From an uncultured bacterium (lineage in GTDB: Bacteria > Auribacterota > Erginobacteria > Erginobacterales > Erginobacteraceae), in the NCBI GenBank assembly GCA_964465735.1, contig CAYXKT010000018.1, forward strand, positions 1 to 28,947: a stretch of 28,947 nucleotides of DNA, written 5' to 3'. The notes below the pieces were generated by a model. That model searched no databases. It was not told the origin of the DNA and worked only from the letters and a program-made list of their open reading frames with translations. This document shows, one piece after another, positions 24,066-28,947 of the stretch. A program made the position numbers and the translations under genes. Numbering within the stretch: the stretch's first letter is position 1; every line of letters begins with the position of its first letter.

Positions 24066-25007
24066 ATGATGAAATCAGAGACGAAAATTTATCCCCAACC
24101 GGGATCTGCGCGGCGTTTTTCCGTCCTGGCCCTGACTCTGGGGTTGTTGTGCTTCGCCTTCTCCGCCTCGGGTATGCCAGACATTATCCCGGTCTCCACC
24201 GGACTGAGCCTGACTGTCTTTGAGCAGACCGGGGCCATCTTTGAAACCACCTTTGCCTTTGAAGATCTCCTGGCTGAGCGGGCCGAGTTCCTGACCGATG
24301 CCGGCGAGAAATATACTCTCACCACCGATGGCGCCTTGCTGACCATCAGCTGTCTTTACGATAACTCCCGCTCCTATCCGGGGCTGGCGGTGGGGATAGC
24401 GGATGAGCGGACCGTGGTCTCCGAACTGGATTATGGGCCTCTCCCCGGCTATTCCGTCGGGAATAATATCGTCGCTGTCCGCCTCGATGGCAATACCGAT
24501 TTCCCCTCCGGCCTCTGGGCCTCTTTTGTCGCCGATTACTCCCTGGGCGGCGGGGGCGTCGCCGAATCCTGCTCCAACTCCCTCGGGGATCCCGGTTTTT
24601 CCGGACCCTGGGGCGACCGTCACTATACCGCCCTCGGGACTGGAGAGAGTACGATCACACTGGGCTTTTCGCCACTGATCATCGCCTCGGCCAAAATCTC
24701 GGAGACGCCGGACTGGAATGATGATCTGGCCCTGGACATCCAGCTGCCGGAAGGATACTCCCCTTCCCAGGTTGATTTTTATTCGCTGGAACTGGTCCGG
24801 GTTGGTGAGTCGGAGACCGCGATCCGGCCGCTGGGTTGGTGGAATATCCGGGAGAACGGAGACCCCGCCGGTCCGGTCCTCCAGATCGAGTTCAGCCGAG
24901 GAGAGGTTGCGCCCTTCCTTCTTCCCGGTGATAACCTCCTGCTGATCCGGGGCAGCCTTTCCTCTGTTCTTCCCTTCGAGGCTCGGGTAATCCTTCCCGT
25001 TAACTAA
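24066..25007 (+). CDS. Hypothetical secreted protein
   Basis: 313 aa with AGGAG upstream. N-terminal signal peptide (RRFSVLALTLGLLCFAFSASG) and a beta-rich, Gly/Ser/Asp-rich body. I recognise no family. The plus-strand frame has host-like codon usage; the 318-aa antisense ORF is a shadow. Confidence 0.75.
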   Translation: MMKSETKIYPQPGSARRFSVLALTLGLLCFAFSASGMPDIIPVSTGLSLTVFEQTGAIFETTFAFEDLLAERAEFLTDAGEKYTLTTDGALLTISCLYDNSRSYPGLAVGIADERTVVSELDYGPLPGYSVGNNIVAVRLDGNTDFPSGLWASFVADYSLGGGGVAESCSNSLGDPGFSGPWGDRHYTALGTGESTITLGFSPLIIASAKISETPDWNDDLALDIQLPEGYSPSQVDFYSLELVRVGESETAIRPLGWWNIRENGDPAGPVLQIEFSRGEVAPFLLPGDNLLLIRGSLSSVLPFEARVILPVN

Positions 25008-25034
25008 GCGGTCCCGGAACGAAAATCTCAAATT

Positions 25035-25124
25035 ACATAGACTTTGTCAGCGCGAGGAAGAAGTGGCGAAGCAATCTCATCACAGAACAAACAGATTGCT
25101 TCCTCGTCCCTCCTCGCAATGATC
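25035..25124 (+). repeat. REP-like long palindromic repeat R2 (complete hairpin)
   Basis: gtcagcgcgaggaagaagtggcGAAGCAATCTcatcacagaacaaacAGATTGCTTCctcgtccctcctcgcaatgatc. There is a 10-bp inner stem plus outer gcgagg/cctcgc pairing. It lies 28 nt after the stop of the secreted-protein gene and is followed by GGGGTTTTTGTTT. Confidence 0.65.
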
Positions 25125-25293
25125 TGGCTTCTGGGGTTTTTGTTTAAATTCCGTCGGTGCCCGCCCGGCTGCCGGCAAGAATGCCCGTGCCGCTTTGCTC
25201 TGGGTTACCCCGAATGATCCTGCTTTTGCCCGATCTCGAATTTATTCAGCGATTCAGGCTATTCAAACCGGGGACAGGAACCGGACCGAAGAT

Positions 25294-25698
25294 ATGAATG
25301 AATTTGACGATATGCTGGAGGATGTTGATCGCTTCCTCAACCGGATGTTCGATGTCTCCGGACTCCGCCGTCTTCCCAACCCTGACGGCTGGCACCCTCC
25401 AACCGACCTTTATGAAACTCCCCGGGGTTATCTTCTGATTGTAGATCTGGCGGGGATGGAGCGTAAGGATATCCAGGTCCGGGTGGTTTCGGGGCATTTG
25501 ATCATCAGCGGTGTCCGGCGGCTGCCGATCCCGGCCGATGTCACCGGTTGCCATAACCTGGAGATCTCCAGCGGAAGTTTCCAGAGGGTGCTGGTGATCG
25601 ATGATATCCCCGACAGCGAAAAGATTGAAGCCCGTTACCGCGCGGGCTTCTTAATTATTGAACTGCCGAAAACAAGGGGGAGAGAATGCCGAAAATAA
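25294..25698 (+). CDS. Hsp20 / alpha-crystallin family small heat-shock protein
   Basis: ORF 25195..25698 trimmed to the ATG at 25294. Alpha-crystallin domain: WHPPTDLYETPRGYLLIVDLAGMERKDIQVRV...GFLIIELPK. The RBS is weak, so the start is uncertain. Confidence 0.85.
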   Translation: MNEFDDMLEDVDRFLNRMFDVSGLRRLPNPDGWHPPTDLYETPRGYLLIVDLAGMERKDIQVRVVSGHLIISGVRRLPIPADVTGCHNLEISSGSFQRVLVIDDIPDSEKIEARYRAGFLIIELPKTRGRECRK

Positions 25699-28019
25699 TA
25701 GTCCCCTCCTCAGATCCTATCGGAGAACTGCCGATTCTACCGCTGCGGGATGCCGTGATCTTCCCTCATATGGCCCTTCCCCTTACTGTGGAACGGCCGG
25801 CGTCGATCAAGCTGATCGAGGAAGTCAGCGCTGGAGATAAGATCCTCGGGGTGGTGGCGATGAAAGATGGGAAGAAGGAAGTTCCCGCGGTGAATAACGT
25901 TTACCGGATCGGAACGGTCTGCCGGATCCTGCAGGTTCTGAAACAGCCCTCCGGGCAGCTGATCGTCCTGATTCACGGCCAGGAACGATGCCGGATCGAG
26001 CGCTGGATCCGCCGCCGGCCTTACTGGAAGGCGAAGATTGAGCAGCTCCCCGACCGCTACGAAAAGAGTAAAGAACTGGAAGCCCGGACAGTCAACCTGA
26101 AGAAACTGGCGCTCCGGATTGTCAAGTCATCCCCCGATCTGCCCGAAGAAGTCTCTCGGGCCATCCTCCAGATTACCGAACCGGGCGCGTTACTCGATCT
26201 GCTGGCCGGGGTTTTGAACATAAAAAAGAAGCAGAAACAGGAGATCCTGGAGACGCTGGATATTGAGGAGCGCTTCAAGAAGCTGACCCGGATTTTGACC
26301 CACCAGGGCGAGGTCCTTGACCTCTGTGACAAGATCCAGTCCCAGGTCCAGGAGTCGATCGGGAAATCCCAGAAGGAAGTTTACCTCCGCGAACAGTTGC
26401 GGGCAATCCAGAAGGAGTTGGGCGAGGAGGATGAACGGAAACTGGAAGTCAGGGAGTTCGCCGAGAAGATTGAAAAGGCTCAAATGCCGGAAGAGGCGGA
26501 ACGCGAGGCCCGCAAACAACTCAAGCACCTGGAGATCGGCCACCCCGCTTCGCCCCAGTATGGGGTGGTGAGAACCTACCTGGAGTGGCTGACCGATCTG
26601 CCCTGGTCGAAATCCACCGCGGACCGTTTGGAACTCAGACGGGCTGAACGGGTGCTCGATGAGGATCATTTCGACCTGGAGAAAGTGAAAAAACGGATCC
26701 TGGAGAGTCTGGCGGTCAGGAAGCTCAAGGCGGATCCCCGGGGGCCGATCCTCTGTTTCGTCGGGCCGCCGGGGACCGGGAAGACTTCTCTGGGCCGTTC
26801 GATCGCCCGCGCGATGGGCCGGGAATTCATCCGGATGTCCTTAGGAGGTGTGCGGGACGAAGCCGAGATCCGAGGGCACCGGAGAACTTACATCGGCGCG
26901 CTCCCGGGGAGGATCATCCAGAGCCTCCGGAAGGCCGGGAGCAACAACCCGGTCTTTATGCTCGACGAAGTGGATAAGATCGGGGCCGATTTCCGTGGCG
27001 ATCCTGCCAGTGCCCTGCTTGAAGTTCTTGACCCGGAGCAGAACTACGCCTTCTCCGATCATTATCTGGAGGTGCCCTTTGACCTCTCCCGGGTGATGTT
27101 CATCACTACCGCCAATATCCTCGCCCCGATCCCCGCGCCCTTGCTTGACCGGATGGAGGTTCTGGAGCTGCCCGGTTATACCCAGGAGGAGAAATTGGCG
27201 ATCGCCCGGAAATTCCTCATCCCCAAACAGCTGGTTGAGCACGGTCTGAGGAAATCCCAACTGAAGATCCGGGTTCCGGCTCTAAGAGAAATCATCTCTT
27301 CTTATACCCGGGAGGCGGGCTTGAGGAACCTGGAGCGGGAGATCGCCGCCGTCTGCCGGGCGGTGGCCCGGAAGATCGTTGAGGCGGAGGAGAAAAAATT
27401 CACTGTCGGACCGGCGGATCTGGAAGAATATCTTGGTCCGGTTAAATTTATCCCCGAGATAGCGGAGCGCACCGCCGCTACCGGGGTATCCACTGGTTTG
27501 GCCTGGACCCCCGCCGGCGGTCAGTTGATTTTTGTCGAGGCGACAACGATGCCGGGCAAGGGGGTCCTCCATCTGACCGGGCAGTTAGGCGAGGTGATGA
27601 AGGAATCGGCCCAGGCCGCCTTGAGCTTTCTGCGTTCTCAGGGCGATGATCTGGGTCTCGACCCCGACTACTTCAACCGGCACGACATCCATATCCACGT
27701 CCCGGCGGGAGCGATCAAGAAAGACGGCCCTTCGGCCGGGGTGGCCATTTACTGCGCCCTGTTCTCTCGGCTCAGCGGCCGGAAGGTGAAGAGCGGGGTG
27801 GCGATGACCGGGGAGATCACCCTCCGAGGTCAGGTCCTCCCGGTGGGAGGGATCAAGGAAAAAGCCCTGGCTGCCGCCCGGGCCGGGATCAAGACCATCA
27901 TCCTCCCCGAGCAGAACGAAAAAGATCTGGTGGACCTGCCGGAGACGGTGCGGGGGAAGTTGGGAGTCAAGCTGGTCAAGCGGATGGGCCAGGCCCGGGA
28001 AGTGGCCCTGGAGCCGTGA
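25686..28019 (+). CDS. lon: ATP-dependent Lon protease (endopeptidase La)
   Basis: 777 aa with the Lon N-domain, Walker A GPPGTGKTS, Walker B MLDEVDK and the protease Ser in KDGPSAG. Its start overlaps the hsp20 stop by 13 nt. Confidence 0.95.
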   Translation: MPKIIVPSSDPIGELPILPLRDAVIFPHMALPLTVERPASIKLIEEVSAGDKILGVVAMKDGKKEVPAVNNVYRIGTVCRILQVLKQPSGQLIVLIHGQERCRIERWIRRRPYWKAKIEQLPDRYEKSKELEARTVNLKKLALRIVKSSPDLPEEVSRAILQITEPGALLDLLAGVLNIKKKQKQEILETLDIEERFKKLTRILTHQGEVLDLCDKIQSQVQESIGKSQKEVYLREQLRAIQKELGEEDERKLEVREFAEKIEKAQMPEEAEREARKQLKHLEIGHPASPQYGVVRTYLEWLTDLPWSKSTADRLELRRAERVLDEDHFDLEKVKKRILESLAVRKLKADPRGPILCFVGPPGTGKTSLGRSIARAMGREFIRMSLGGVRDEAEIRGHRRTYIGALPGRIIQSLRKAGSNNPVFMLDEVDKIGADFRGDPASALLEVLDPEQNYAFSDHYLEVPFDLSRVMFITTANILAPIPAPLLDRMEVLELPGYTQEEKLAIARKFLIPKQLVEHGLRKSQLKIRVPALREIISSYTREAGLRNLEREIAAVCRAVARKIVEAEEKKFTVGPADLEEYLGPVKFIPEIAERTAATGVSTGLAWTPAGGQLIFVEATTMPGKGVLHLTGQLGEVMKESAQAALSFLRSQGDDLGLDPDYFNRHDIHIHVPAGAIKKDGPSAGVAIYCALFSRLSGRKVKSGVAMTGEITLRGQVLPVGGIKEKALAAARAGIKTIILPEQNEKDLVDLPETVRGKLGVKLVKRMGQAREVALEP

Positions 28020-28020
28020 A

Positions 28021-28524
28021 CTATGAGGGGTGGCCGGTAGTTTTGTCTCCGGCCCCGGTCCTCTCCAGGCGATCTTCTGCTTCGCCGATGTAGGCGGCCA
28101 GAGTGTTTCCCGACTGCTCAATCAGGGTCTTCAGGTCGCCGGACTCCTGCCGGAGCTGAGTCAGGACCAGGTCCGTCGATTTCACGGTCCGCGTTTCTTC
28201 TTTTCTCAATCCTTCCTCCAGGACCTCACGTAATTTAGTGTAGCGGGAGGTCTCGGCTTTCTCGGCCAGTTCCCGAGCGGCTTGTATTTGGGCTGCCTGA
28301 CGGCGGGATTCTTTCCGCGCTGCGGCCTGGAGGCCGACCGCGAAGGCGAGAAAGAAGATCGTCAGGGCGGCGGCCAGTCCGAGCATCACCAACCCCAAAG
28401 AGGCGCGGACTGTGGTCACCCCGAGCGAGAGTTCGGCCGGGACGACGAAGATGCCCCAGTTGAGGACCGTGAAAGCGGTGATCACCACCGCGATCAGCAA
28501 TATCACTGTTGAGTAAAATTTCAT
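28021..28524 (-). CDS. LapA-like (DUF1049-type) membrane protein with a coiled-coil tail
   Basis: 167 aa with two N-terminal TM helices (TVILLIAVVITAFTVLNW; LGLVMLGLAAALTIFFLAFAV) followed by a charged helical region. The family assignment is pattern-based only. Confidence 0.7.
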   Translation of the reverse strand: MKFYSTVILLIAVVITAFTVLNWGIFVVPAELSLGVTTVRASLGLVMLGLAAALTIFFLAFAVGLQAAARKESRRQAAQIQAARELAEKAETSRYTKLREVLEEGLRKEETRTVKSTDLVLTQLRQESGDLKTLIEQSGNTLAAYIGEAEDRLERTGAGDKTTGHPS

Positions 28525-28613
28525 ATCGGCTGGCCTTTATCTCAGAATTGCGGGAGCAAAACTTTATCACACTTTAGCTGGATAAAAGTATCTACTGTTT
28601 TATCCGCCCGCGG

Positions 28614-28700
28614 TTGTCATCGCCAGGAGGTCCGAAAACCATCGCCCCGACGAAGCAATCTCCGGGTTGAGATTAGTTTTTCCGTCTTCTCTTGCCGCAG
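28614..28700 (+). repeat. Degenerate third copy of the REP-like repeat (R3)
   Basis: ttgtcatcgccaggagg...cgacGAAGCAATCTCcgggttGAGATTAGTTtttcc shares the gtcat...cgaagcaatctc core and an 8/10 inner stem with R1 and R2. Confidence 0.35.
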
Positions 28701-28710
28701 TCCTCGGTCA

Positions 28711-28947
28711 TCAGTAGGTGAAGAGATCTTCTCGAGTATACTCCCGGCCCGCGGCCCGGGACAGGGCGGAGATTATCTTGAGCTGGACCCGAGAGGTCAG
28801 TCGGCGGCCCCGGCAGGCTCGGGAGACCATTTTGTGGGTGATCTGTTCCGTCGAGGCCGCGACCAGGGCGTGGGGATCGAGGTTATGATCCCGCATTATC
28901 CGGACAATCGGCTGCTCACCCAAGTTTCGTTGGATCTCACTGTTCAT
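28711..28947 (-). CDS. Small hypothetical protein, possibly DNA-binding; may extend beyond the window
   Basis: 78-aa ORF whose ATG is the last three bases of the window. The segment ITHKMVSRACRGRRLTSRVQLKIISAL looks HTH-like. No family is recognised with confidence. Confidence 0.5.
   Translation of the reverse strand: MNSEIQRNLGEQPIVRIMRDHNLDPHALVAASTEQITHKMVSRACRGRRLTSRVQLKIISALSRAAGREYTREDLFTY

Overview
This is a GC-rich bacterial chromosomal segment. The gene content suggests an anaerobic diderm: a TamA/TamB outer-membrane module, 2-oxoacid:ferredoxin oxidoreductase (OFOR), superoxide reductase (SOR) and a flavodiiron protein (FDP). I call 23 protein-coding genes. They are DUF488/YeaO, an MBL-fold+rhodanese protein, a two-subunit OFOR, an AraC-type response regulator with a soluble PAS histidine kinase and a CheY-like receiver, PEBP, DJ-1/PfpI, L-lactate dehydrogenase, 1Fe-SOR, FDP, TamA/TamB, acetolactate synthase large subunit, MarC, a 1-Cys peroxiredoxin, Hsp20-Lon, a LapA-like membrane protein and three hypotheticals. 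There are also two gene relics: a P1B-ATPase fragment and a 5'-truncated, frameshifted mscL. I saw no rRNA, tRNA or CRISPR array. The unusual content is non-coding. (i) Six near-identical copies of a 161-bp element with 16-bp terminal inverted repeats and 5-bp target-site duplications lie in the first 12.5 kb, with no transposase in the window; this looks like a MITE burst. (ii) A paralogous promoter/5'-leader cassette sits upstream of OFOR, the FDP gene and a secreted hypothetical. It ends in an invariant TTGACAGAAC about 36 nt before the start codon, and the same motif precedes SOR. Two cassettes were hit independently by the MITE at different positions, so the paralogues serve as each other's empty sites. 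(iii) A GTCTCAT-N5-ATGAGAC palindrome is fused to TGATATAAT. (iv) A Fur/PerR-type 7-1-7 box overlaps the peroxiredoxin promoter. (v) There are further intergenic repeat families: a 75-nt block, and long REP-like hairpins bracketing the secreted-protein gene. All functional readings of these non-coding modules are inference. Nothing here was checked against a database.
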